64,000 nucleotides of DNA, taken from Lytechinus pictus. Its lineage: Eukaryota. The notes under the pieces were generated by a model that did not search any database, had not been told where the DNA came from, and saw only the letters and a program-made list of their open reading frames with translations. Below are positions 27,600-40,299 of this stretch, piece after piece. The position numbers were made by a program, and so were the translations under genes. Within the stretch, counting starts at the first letter, position 1, and each line of letters opens with the position of its first letter. The stretch covers positions 10,542,001-10,606,000 of the forward strand of contig NC_087249.1 in assembly GCF_037042905.1 (NCBI RefSeq), given 5' to 3'.

Positions 27600-27886
27600 C
27601 AACCCGTGCTGAACCCATGCCGAATCGGACCTCCTCTGTTCGCTCCCATGTCCATAAGCAAGAGAAGCCTACGCGCGTGCGCACAGTTCTAAACGAGAAA
27701 CAACTCCATACACTACGGACGTGCTACGCGGCCAACCCGCGTCCTGACGCACTCATGAAGGAACAACTGGTCGAGATGACGCAGTTGAGCCCCCGTGTTA
27801 TCCGTGTCTGGTTCCAGAACAAACGATGTAAGGACAAGAAGAAGAGCGTCCTGATGAAACAGATTGCCGAACAGCAGGCCTCTAAG
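27600..27886 (+). CDS. Isl: Isl coding exon 4, homeodomain
   Basis: Acceptor tcttctcctacctttacAG ending at 27599; donor AAG|GTATGT at 27887. Encodes the Islet-diagnostic [56 protein letters not shown]. Confidence 0.98.
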
Positions 27887-29939
27887 GTATGTTCAAAATT
27901 CAAATAAAAAGGGAAAAACGTAGAAAACAAACAAACTGAACAATGTAAAAAAAAAATTCCTTCATTAATGGGGTAGTTATGACTTTTCGATTCTAGTACG
28001 CTCCCAACTAACATACATATTTCCAAACTGGACGGGAAGAGGGGCGTATATTCACCTTGGGACGGTTTACTGATGTAGTAGGATGAGAAATCAACAAGAG
28101 TTTCCATCTCGTAGTTCTTACGTTTCTTGTGTTTATACAAATGCTGATGAATTGATTGTGATGGTGATGTTGATATTGATAAAGTGACATTGATGTTGAT
28201 TTTGATATGGACAGAATAGTTGAATTATTAAGTCATGTCAACCCTGAATCAGAATATTTCATGAAGATTACTTGGCGTTCAACAATATCAAATGTTTATT
28301 TTCATCACACGAACTTAATAATTGCAGTTGTGACACCTCTCAATTTTGAGTGGACTAAATTAACATTTGTCAAATGGAGTTTTTTTAATTATTTTGAAAA
28401 AAAGCGTTTGATATTTTGAATTCAAACGGAAGCGATTGTAAATTACTGGTCATCCTCAATTAAAAAAAGTCGTTTAATCTTCAAACGGTGGCACGTGCAT
28501 ATCTTTAGCATTATCAACCGTATTTGTGCCCTATAATAACCGGAATATTTACCCTACATCCCGAGCTGGGCAATTTCTACGGTCTAGTTATTTGATGATG
28601 TTTGAAATGGGAACAAACATTTGCGTTTCGCCAAGAGAAAGAGGAAGAGAAAGGGAGAGTGTGTGAGAGACTCCTCGTCACACCCCCCCTTCAAATTGAC
28701 CTACGTAATGAGAAAGCGATAAGACCGCTTAATATCACATTCAACTTGTGTGATAATGACACATTGACAGTTTGTCAGACAGGCGATCGCAGGCACGCAA
28801 ACGAACAAATTGCTCGCAATATCGCGCCAATAAAAGTGGTAATATTTTGAGGGATTCCTCCGTAAGCCAATACACATCACTAGCAATCAGTCATAGTAAG
28901 TGATGAAGTGATGTGCCGTATTAAAATAAAGCCCCAATGAGCTGAGGAAATTGAAACGCAGGATTAATTTAGGTGAGATTTCCGACCCAAAATATATGTT
29001 TATTTAAGAAGATGAATCGGCTAATTCCAAGGGGTTTATCAGCGTTGACGCTGCGCTTGATGACATGACACTATTCTCTTAAGTTAACATCTACTCTCAC
29101 GTAACAGAAATATACATATATGTTCAGAATTATCATAATATTCTTCTTTCGATTTATGTAGAAAGGCAGGGTGGGATTATTTTTTTGTACCCATAAATAA
29201 TTCATTTCATGAAGAAACCATTTAGGGAAGATTAATTTTGTAAGACCATTTAACCCTCCGCTCTCGTTCAATTTCCCTCTCGCTCATTTATTATTCATAT
29301 ATTGATATAAGTTTCCAATTATTTACCAGAATCGAGGCAGTACTACTCCATGGACCCCCGCCCCGCAAACCGAAAACAGCATCATTACACAGCGTAATAT
29401 CGTTTTCGTTATGTTAACCAACCATACACAACCCGTGCAAGCATGCATACATTTAGCCGGTCTAATCAGGTTGAAAAATCAAAGCATATTTTTATCGATA
29501 TTTGGACGAGGTCTGTAAAACACGTCATCTTTGAGTCTTGCGCTAATTCCATCGATCTCCGCCGTTCTGCATACGTAATTGCGGACGGTCTCCGTCGATC
29601 GCGGTAAGCGCAAACATCAATGGTAGATTTCATAAGAACCATTAAATCGTTCAGTGACGACCAAATGAGCACGCAGTACAGGCCCAAAAGATGAATTTAG
29701 GTTTACAGCAATCGGATGATTGAATGTTAAATTGACGGTACATTACTTGTCTCTGATAGAGGCTTGATGATTCTTTCTCTGCGAAACACAACATGGAACA
29801 GGTTAGTGCGCACCGGTATTGCGCATCATATCGTTTATGTATCTAACTCCCTTTAGACAAGAATTAATAGGAATAGTTAAACAACAACAGCAGCGATGTG
29901 AATATTATTTAGCTTTCTCAGTGTTTTGTGTGCTCGTCA

Positions 29940-30205
29940 TTCATGATATTGCATAACTTAAAATTGCCCTTACTAATCACAACGTTATCTTAACGTTATG
30001 ATGGTGTCTTGATCTTAGGTAGATGTGGAAATAGCGAAACTTATTCTCAATATTTTGCATAGCGAAACATATTCTCATTATTTTGCAAACTCCTAATTCA
30101 TGATATTTCATAACTGTACTGTCTCTACATTGTCCTGAGAAATCAAAACGTTATCTAAACGATATTACTAAATCTCTATCTATGGTAGATGTTGATATAG
30201 GGGAA
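29940..30205. repeat. Diverged local duplication (period about 157 bp) containing a 28-bp tandem repeat
   Basis: ttcatgatatt.cataact...aatca.aacgttatct.aacg...ggtagatgt.ga.atag begins at 29940 and at 30097; atagcgaaac.tattctca.tattttgc occurs at 30031 and 30059. Confidence 0.8.
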
Positions 30206-33200
30206 ATTGGTTTCAAAGGAAACGAATCCATGAAACAACCATACTACGACTCTCTTCTCTCTGGACAGTGTTTAGATAGCAAATGACCATTGACATTGCG
30301 TGTATGGTGAGCCAATATTTCAACCTTGTCCAGTTTATATCAATAAATACAAATCATTTAGCATTGACTGGTATCGATCCAGTTTGTTGGTAAGGTTACA
30401 TTGATTTCCCCAGGCTCACTTTGTCGGTGGATCTTTTGTTTAAGAATCCTACTAGATTCATTTAGAACAATATTGAACGGGCTAATTAAGGGGCTAGTCG
30501 GTAATTATGTAGCTCTTTTTTTCTCCCCGGTGTGTCTCTGCCCTGGGGAGTAATTAATGAAGACAACGCTAAAGAGATGGTCGCTCCAACCAAATACTTT
30601 AGATCTTGTTGGCACTATCGAATAAGGTGGTAAATAAATGAATCGTTAGAGTCACATAATTTATGAGGTAGTAGATGGACCATTGTTCATGTGTCGTAAG
30701 AAAAGTAGGCAATAGATTACGATATCTTTTAGTGTCTTCATCTGGAGATACTTCAAGTGCTTGGTGACTGCGCATTTCTGACCCCTCCCTCAGATTGTTT
30801 GGAATTTTCAAACTAGATTTATTCACGCTGGTCATGTTAATGATTGAGAAAAAATCCCAGAATATTGTATATACGCATTAAGCATACACTTGGACTCAAT
30901 TTGAAATATACATGTTAGTGAAGGGCCATGAGCCTTGCAAGCTTGCTTACCTTACTAATCATGTTCATTTACTAATTCTTTTAGATAAATCATTGTAACC
31001 TGTTTCCATTTTTCTTTTAACAATTATGCTATCAATGCATCCTGGCTTTGATATTCCTTAATAATTATAGTGGGGTAAAACAAGAGAAGCAGAATAGGAG
31101 TTAAAAAAACAGGAAACTATCACTAATCATTATTATACAGTTTGCTGCAATTGCTAGAAATATACCTTGACTCATCTTATTTAGCAAACAGACAACCTCC
31201 CCTTATCAGTCCCATAGGGATGTCTGTATAACAACAGACTGGAACGACAACAACTGTTTTCTAGGTGGATCGGTCGTCAAATGGAATTAAAGCCCGTGCC
31301 ACCTCCCTGCACCCTCCTCTCGAATATATAATTACTCGCCTCTCACAGGAACAGAAGCCAGATCGGGGATAAACTTGACCGGGAAAGAAGCACCCCGAGG
31401 AAACGTTTAGTGACATTACTCGCTTCACTTGTAATTCCCACTGCTCCACCCGCCCAGAAGGCGCAAAAACACGGATGCAGTACCGATCACATCATGCTAT
31501 CCCTTACGGTGATATCATCGTCGCATCCTTCCATAGCTGCATCGAGCCCTGTATCAGACAACCACCCCCCCCCCCCTTTCAACATCCCACTTCATCCTTC
31601 CTCAGTTTCTTGTCCCTCTCTGCTTCCGTGTCGGCTAGAACAAAGTGATTTACTCGTGAGTGAATCATAAGAACGGTTTGGCAAAACTCCTGTAGGTATG
31701 TAGGCTCGACGAAGCTAACCGAACTCTAGGGAAACCTCCTCTGCACAGGAGTGTGTGCTATTGATTGTCTCTACACCTCTCCAAGAAGATGACACGAACG
31801 CGGGGATCGGTCCTCACTTGTCACGCAATGAAAGCGATTGATTAATGAACTTCCTTAACGCAACATACCATGCCGTTTGCCTAATATAGAATACACAGTA
31901 TGAAAGTCGACTCAGAAATTCCGACTCGAATTTGTGAAACTTTATTTCTACTTCTCATGGAAATATATTCCTTATTGATTTGGTACGTCTTCAACACATG
32001 GAACCTTCCTTTGCAATACACATCTGCGAATTATTGGAGATGGTTCTCTTCTGCAAATTTTCTAGATGGTGGGTCGGGGTGGATGATGAATTTCGCTCCC
32101 CCAAATCTTGGTATCTCTTTCAACTTGAGTGGATGAGTAAAGTGTTGTTGTGCAGTCAAGGGTGACTTGGTCCGTACGCATCATTGGAGTAAAAGCATTG
32201 ACAATCCAGTTTCGATTCGAACGTCATCCTAGTGACATCCCCACCATTTTTACACTCCATCTGCTACACCAACCAACCTCGTCTCCCTCACCGACTTCCA
32301 ATCTCCCCACCTCCCACTGTCACCTACAAGCTTGGCTCAAAGAAGCATTAACCTCTACCTGGTCATATTTAAATCTCAGTTTAACATTTTGTCACGGTTG
32401 TGGTGATGATCATGAAATGAATCCGAAAATGAATCCCACAACATGACCTCCTGGGTGCCTGTAATTATGTATATGTCAAAATGAATCTTGACATCTGTTG
32501 GTCACCGGGACTACTGGAGATTAGCTCCAATCGCATTACAACATTCAGGAATTATCCACTCTTTAACATGACCGGGACGTAAATGTGTTTGGTGAACTTA
32601 ATCATCTTTATCATCTCGTATCCTTTGGAAAGGTGCCCCATTCAATTGCTGTGGGCTGAAAGTGCATCAATACATTTTCCAGGGACCAATGGGGATGCCT
32701 TTGATAATATTTCTCGATCAAATGGGTCCTCCTCCATATTCATGAATTACATAAATACCTCTCCGGTATTCCTTAGTTCCTTACTGTTGAATACAGGTGT
32801 CTTGTAAATAAAACATCAGTGTAAAATATACTCTCTGGAATTTCTGAATCCAGAAACTAGTAGCCGATAGCAAGGTAACTTTCTTAGCAAAAGAAATCTA
32901 AAATGTTTGTCCAATAGAGGTTACTGAAATTTCGCCACGATTTCATTGATCGAAGATTAAATAAAAATGAAATACGTGGTCGTCCAATCTTGAATAAACA
33001 ACTCGGAGGAAGGAAATTGGGAAGTGACATTGTTTAGATACGCATTTACTATTCGCAGCCGTATTTTACATATAAAATGAAATAATAAAAACCGCTCAAC
33101 AGAATTGAACTTACTTTCTCGTGATACTGTTATCAAGAAATCTATACTAGTATTTAATCGTCGGAATGGTTTAAATGGCAGATAATGTCTAGTAATCTTA

Positions 33201-35061
33201 GGTTAATAGATTGATATTCATCATTTTAATATTCAATTTATAACATTATACGACTTAAGGAAGAAAAGGACGAATTCCCGTTTTGTGGATATCGTCTCCT
33301 TCTTAACTGCCGATATCCCCTATAGCTTCGATAAAATAGTTCGGTCGATGTGAGGGTTTTCATCACTATGTAATAGAATTTCGAGAGAATCATTTCAGAT
33401 CCATACATGATCGCCAATTGTCTATAGTAAGGAGAGCCAACGAATGAAATACTTACCAACAGCCTTCATTTGCAGACCATTTTCGATTTTTGTTAATACA
33501 AAAGCAATGCATTGGCCATACAGTAGACATAATTATAATGCTATACCGGCTAACTACTTACAATGTTATAGTTTTCGAATCTTGTAGAATCGCAGAGTCA
33601 CAGATCATCAAGAATGTACATTTGCTTGAGATTATGTAATTATCGATTTTGTCACATAATCATATTGATTTTAGATAATCAAAACATGTGTGCTGTGTCT
33701 ACCTATACATCACTTTCTTCGTACATAGATATTAAATATTAACGTACTACATGTAATATTTGGTCTAACTCAAATTTTACAAGAAGCGAATCTGTGGGCT
33801 ATAAACGTGTATTTTTAAGTTCCGTCCGCAATAATATTAAAAAAAATATATATATTTTGATATAATTTTGACATAATCTACACGAATGGAATCTGTTTGC
33901 TGTAAATCATGAATGCTATGCTTATTCAAACATGAGTTTGTTTCATTTTGTAATCGATTTCTATCAAGCAGAAGTATATACCAACTATCATTATTTTCCA
34001 AATCACTAACATTTGAGATGTAACCATGCACGATGGTGGTAAACGGATGACGAAGGATACAAGCATTCTCTCGGGTATCGTTTTCAAGACTACAGGCATC
34101 TTAGTTCATCAGCCAGAACAAGATGAAATCCGGTTTTGGATTACACCGAGATCGAGAATTAAGCAAGGGTCTATTTACAATCGAATAGGATAAGCGGTCG
34201 AAAATTAGAAATTATAATTACCACAATTACCGCGACAACGACATCTGTGTCTGACCGCGCATACTGTAATGCAACTATAGCGTGCCCCGCGGCTAGCATT
34301 GGGTATTTTTTCTAATCATTGAAATAAAATACGACAAATCAACATATATTGGATGGTATTATATATATTGCGGGAACAAATAGGGACATCACTATCCCTA
34401 ACAAAGTAATTAAGTTGTTTTTATTTTTGGTAGTTGCAATGTACCTGCTAAAGATACTTGAAAGACGAAGACACAATACATGTAAAATTCATATAAATGT
34501 TTTACTACGGAACATACTTTTAAGCCGTGTGACATGGTGAATTGTAGGTCTGATTTTAACAAAGGATCCCAAGCTATTCACCACTCAATAATATTCTTCA
34601 TCATGAGGCTCGTGTCTGAGTCATGTCACAGAGGCCTAGTCCATGGACAATTTGCCCTGACCACATTATAGTTATTTTCCCAATACAAATGTCATCCTTT
34701 TACTATGACATTGTGTATATACTCCACATGACGGTGTAAAATAAACATTCCTCTACTATGTCGACTCGCATGTGTCTCTGCACATACACACTTGGGAGAA
34801 ATAGACTTGAACATGTTCTTATTCATTTGACCTGAATCGCGGGCAATCTCCTGCACTGCTCCCAAGCGCATGAGGGTTCTCCTTTGTATTTTTAACATGA
34901 ACTACAAACAGTGTTGGGCTCTTGAGGCTGCGCTAACAACACTCGACATGGCGAACACACATCGTGTACCTTCCCTCAGGATATACAAGGGTGATGCGAA
35001 GAAAAAAGGACGAAGAGATGTGTGTGAATTTATGTGCGAGGACAGCGAGGTTATAGTGAGG

Positions 35062-35095
35062 GTGTGTGTGTGTGTGTGTGTGCGTATGTGTGTGT
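35062..35095. repeat. (GT)n microsatellite
   Basis: Direct reading of the GT run. Confidence 0.85.
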
Positions 35096-37399
35096 TTGAG
35101 GAGGGAGGGGGGTAGTCGACGGCAATCCCCGTCCTTCGTTACACTACCCAGTAAAAAAAACCTAAAGCGACATCGTACCCAAGGGTTCGGATCTCACCAA
35201 GGCATGCCAGGTGGATGACTGAAGACTGACCCGTTCGTTCTTGTTCCAAAAGAAGCGGGTTATGTAACGGGCTTCATTGGCCTTTGAATAGGTTACGATA
35301 CTGTTGTACATGTATTATCTGCTGTGGATGTCAGTGTTGTCCTCCTGAACCACATTGGGTTAAGACAACCCTGAAGTGGTATGATTTCGATCCAGGGATA
35401 ACGGACCACTGTAAGACCACGAGACCAGTGTTCCAGAAACTTGGTCATCTTAGGCCTGTTTGGTAGTAGGTTTTGGCGTCGGGTCGACTGACGTGTACAA
35501 GTAAATGGGATACAGTTTTCTCAGCATCCTCCCGGTCTCAACACCAGCCCTGCCTGTATACTATTTACATACTCCATCAAAATAGCTATAAATTATGAAA
35601 TAGTTTCCAGAGAGTCAAATCTATAAATCTTCTACCTTATTGATTTATCGTTATGCTGGTTCTTCACAGTTTGGGATTGACCTTCAGCAATCAATTTCAT
35701 TTCTTTCGAATCAAGCGCTGCAGGATTTAATATAGAGGAAAGCAAAACACCTCGTGAATGGCCTCTTGACTCTCTGCTCTCATTCTTGAGCATGTTCTCA
35801 ATCGGATCAAAACCTCCACCACCGAATGGGATACCACGTGATACCCAGTCTCTTCACTTGGCTTCTGAGGAACCTAAGCCCACAATACTAGTTTCTTAGA
35901 GGAGACAATTACACGACGACGGGGCTTAAATCTTGTTAACGGCCTCCAACATGCACCATCCCAAACACCTACTTCATCCATCTCCTTTCGCACCTCAATT
36001 ACCATCCCGAATGTTCCATTCACAAAAAACACAGAACCAGATTGAATCCTCGACTCTAATACACTCTTGTCCTCCTTTTTCTATCACACTCGTTCTCCAT
36101 CCCCGTCTTACCATCTTGTGTTACGCCACACGAGCCCGATGAACAGCGTTTTGGCGGGAAATAAAACTCCGCTCTCGGACAGATTTTCTCTCTCCGCCTT
36201 CGTCGTCTGGCCCGTAATTACGACATTTTATATCGGGGTGTATACATACAACAATCATGGTGGATAGCGCTTGTATAGAAAGTGGACACGTGTTCGAATT
36301 GCGTGACGCTCAAATCCTCATTTACCCAACTGGAGTTTTCCTTCTAAATGCGATCGCTCACATAGTGGAATTACCACTACCTTCTTGGCGAAATTCAAGG
36401 AGGGGCGGCTGAGGGGTTGGGGGAAGCGAGAACGCAAAAAAATAAATAAATAAACAACAAACAAAACACACACTGGAGTAGGGAGAATAACACAAACCAG
36501 TAGCCGAACATTCTGTAAAATTAGGAGAAAAGTATCTTAAGCCCAGTTGTGATAAATGAAAGCTTTCCCGTCCCAATGAAAGTGGCAATGTAAAAGGATT
36601 ATCATGGCAAGCTGACTTCAAATTGTGAAAGAAAATATTGTTTCCGAGATAATCAAGCACGTTAAGAATAAGAGACGTACATTATTACTAGTAAATTATG
36701 ATATAAATGACTATTTCTTTGCTTGAGCCTTGAGCATGAATACACTAAGAAATGGTCAAATTGTCTCATTTGTAAAACATGAGAGTTGATATAACAAGCA
36801 ATTCAGATAAGGACAGTAGTACACATGATTATAACGATATGCGTCACGCTGCCATCGGAATTGCATGCCGAAAGGCAGATAAAAGATGTCAAACGTCAAA
36901 GTATATTAGTGAACCAAATTCACACCGTAATCAACTTGTTTGCCTTAATGAAACTGTAATATCATTGTCGACAGTTCAAATTATCATCAAATATGCTTCG
37001 GAATGAATTATCACACACCCAATTGAAATTACTTATATTTTGCCTCGTCCTCCGTTCAATTTGCTAGAAATGGCTAAACACACACAGTAAATTATATCCC
37101 CGGTAACGCATGAGCATAGTATTCGTAACAATCTATTGGCATGAGTGAGTGTGTGCATGTGCGCTTGTAGTGTGGGTGGGTTCTAATGAGCGTGTATGGT
37201 AATCTAGGGATTATCTTTAAATTGACCTTGCATTCATTTCGTGCTGAAACGCGTCACAATTTATTAATTTGGTAATAACCTTAACTGGTGGATAAAAACA
37301 GGGAAATGTCAAAATGTAATTTCTAGAAACAGCTGATTTTAGATAGGTGAAAGGCATTTGAATCAAAGGTAATTTGGTAAAACCAACATTCTATTTTAA

Positions 37400-37508
37400 G
37401 CGAGCGCTTAGAGACTTCTAATAAAGTAAGTGTTATGCGCTATATAAGCAACTATTATTATTATTAATATTATTATCATTATTACTATTGATATTATTAT
37501 TATTATTA
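37400..37508 (+). mobile_element. L2/CR1-type 3' tail remnant with (ATT)n
   Basis: agcgcttagagac...gttatgcgctatataagcaact(att)n shares motifs with the reverse-strand copy at 3957-4048. Confidence 0.6.
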
Positions 37509-39273
37509 AAGATGTTATATTGCCCATTGAGTATTGTTGCTGAATATGCAGTTTTGTTTCGATTGTTGTTTACATTCCAGGTGAAATACTCAAACAACAC
37601 ACATTATGCTAGGGCGGATAGGGTAGGATACATCGTCACTCACATTCAAAGCCCCCCCCCCACATAAGTCTTTACAACTTCACAATCAAACTAAAATTGA
37701 TCAAAAATTTTATAGCGTTTACGTCACATATATTGCTCCGTGTAAAGAATTCATGCATTATAATTATCTAAAGCAGAAATATATTATTGTGCTAGATGCA
37801 TAAATAGAACCATGTCGAAAAAAATTCGGAATACACCTATCCCTTGGTCTCGTTCTTTTCTTGAATATATTGCAAATTAGGTTGATATATTACCGTACGA
37901 TAATAGGCAAATATGTCAAAATAAAAGAATCATTAATGAAGTGAGCTAGACCGCGCATCTTTCACACTCTTCCACGTGCGATGGTACATGTATTTCAGCA
38001 AATGTGAGGAAATAGTTATCCATGGTTGTATTTTTAAGTTGATATCCCCCTACCCCTCTTATCTGGAAATAATGCGCGTTTACACGCCATTTGACTCCGG
38101 CAGACGCCACCGAAGCTTGGTTTGGTCAGTGGCGTTGTGTTTATGTTGCAGCCGCCTGTGTGTCCATATGCAGCGATCGTAAATCAAGGGAAGATACAGA
38201 CGAAATTTGTCTTCCTTACATTTCCCCATTTACTAGAGCAACATTCTGAGAAGCGTTAACAATTTCATTTGTTTATCAAACAACGAATGCATTATTATCC
38301 AGACGGGCTCTGCCGTGGCAAGGTGCAAGCGGATATTGGCAAAGAAATATGGAGGAATTCTATCTGATGTTCTGATGTTATTATCATATTGTCATGTACA
38401 GTTGCATTTGTACCTGATTTACATTTTATGCAAATCACTGTAAGTTCTTTATACCATCACTTGGCAAAACGTGAAAATGTCCTCACATTGTATTAGGGTA
38501 TAGGGCCTTTAATGCACGCACCTACAAATTACAGTATTTTTCCACAAGTCATACCCCTCCTTTCGCTTCCGACTGTGATCTGAATTCTTGAATAATTTAT
38601 CAATTGAATATTATGTGTAAAGTGTAAGAGGGCATTGTATTAAAAGACGCGGAAGTTCTTCTACATCATTGTCTTAAAATGGCGTCAAACAAGACAGTGC
38701 TACTCAGAATAGAGAAAAAAACGCATTCTCGCAGTAAAATACGTGAGAGAGGAAAGTTGAAAACAATTTACTCGCTAATTTTCTTCGGTTCTTAATTGAG
38801 GAAACCCAAGTAACTGATATGAATGTGCAAAAAAAGGACAGCATACGCTGTGAGAGAATGAAATCGAGAGAAATAGATGGACAAAATGAGGCCACAGAAT
38901 TCCACTTTGCTTGCAGCGGCGATCAATACACGCTCAACTACCAGTGACTGAAAGAGAAGTGATTTTGTGCATTGACTGGTGAAAACGATTAATTTTTCAG
39001 ATGACCAGGAGAAAGGATAGAATTCTATTTTCCTCGCCATTTATGAGGACATGATCTCATTCCATATTCTGCGTCGGGTATTTGTATCCACACTCTCAGT
39101 TCTTTAGTGCTTAACTGAATATTATGGGCATATTCTTCTTCTACCTCGTCCCTCTATTTTCTGATTTTTGGTTATTTCGATATTACAATTTTCCATACTA
39201 TCTGATATGTATCTATATTTATTTTTTAGTAATGAGCAAATGAGATGAAACTGGTAGACCTGCAAGAGTTGCT

Positions 39274-39531
39274 TACACTGTAAAAAAGTAATGGGTACAT
39301 TTTTTTACCACCACGAGGGTAACTATGTGTTCAACAAATTTGGGGAAGTATTTTACCCAATGCGGGATGCATATTGTCCTGTAAGATTAAACAATAAGCA
39401 ACAGTTACTTTAGAATGGGCAAAACTTTCATCACAGTGGATAAATAAAAATGCCCAAAAGAAATGCCCAATGTTGGTTGGACACATAATTACCCTGATGG
39501 AGCACTTTTATCCAATAATTTTTAGAGTGTA
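39274..39531. mobile_element. MITE with CACT...AGTG termini and TA flanks (EnSpm/CACTA-like)
   Basis: TA|CACTGTAAAAA and TTTTTAGAGTG|TA are inverted. Extended inner arms agggtaactatgtgttcaacaaatttggg and cccaatgttggttggacacataattaccct are also inverted. Confidence 0.8.
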
Positions 39532-40129
39532 CGCTGGTATGAAATACCCTTCCAAATTCAAATGACACAATATAGGAAATCATGATGCATCCATAGCACC
39601 AGAGCTATCTATTTTCCCGTCTGTGTTCAGAGTGGCCTTGTGGAGACCTTTGCATATGATTATAGATGGTTCAATTTGTAACATAGAAAGGACGAAAGGC
39701 CCATCATTCCAATTTGGTTTACCTCTGCGTCTACGCTGTCAAAACAATGCCAGATTACACATCATACCTAAGCTCGTGGACTAGCGGCGTATGCAATGAG
39801 AAAGGAAGACAAGGAAAAACAATGAAGAAGTAAAAATGGCACCGACCGCCATTTGTCAAGCCGATGACAGTGGGGCTTTGCGTAGTATCATCCTCCATTT
39901 CATCGAACCTATTTTATCTGCCCAGGGATAAGTGTATCCTGCCTGCTGCTGGTAACGAACTATGTCCACCGATACTGTTCGAGAGGACAGACCTGACACA
40001 GAATAGAATACCACTTTTCTGAATAAAAGTCATGTCGGTTAAAATATGCAACAACTCCTTGTAGCATGTGATTTCATATAATATGATAATCAGCGATAGA
40101 AAGTACTACATTTTAAACAACGAGCAGTT

Positions 40130-40299
40130 AAGGATGCATGCTCTACATTCAAAAGTCGCCTCAAAACTTATTTGTTTAAGCAGTTTTTGATTGAGACATT
40201 CTACATAATAGCTTTAATCCATTCTTCTTTCTTTATCCATTTTCCTATACATGCGCTGTACAAGCATCGTATCTTTATTATTATTATTATTATTTATTA
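40130..40299 (+). mobile_element. L2/CR1-group LINE extreme 3' fragment
   Basis: From 40142 the frame reads STFKSRLKTYLFKQF, the characteristic L2/CR1 ORF2 terminal motif, followed by atgcgctgtacaagc and an (ATT)n tail. Confidence 0.75.

Noticed and set aside
27724..28140. 138-aa antisense ORF overlapping the homeobox exon
   Set aside because: Shadow ORF of the conserved exon running into intron; no independent protein features.
30664..30685. tgaggtagtagat resembles the 5' part of let-7
   Set aside because: The match stops after 13 nt and there is no complementary star arm nearby, so no pre-miRNA hairpin.
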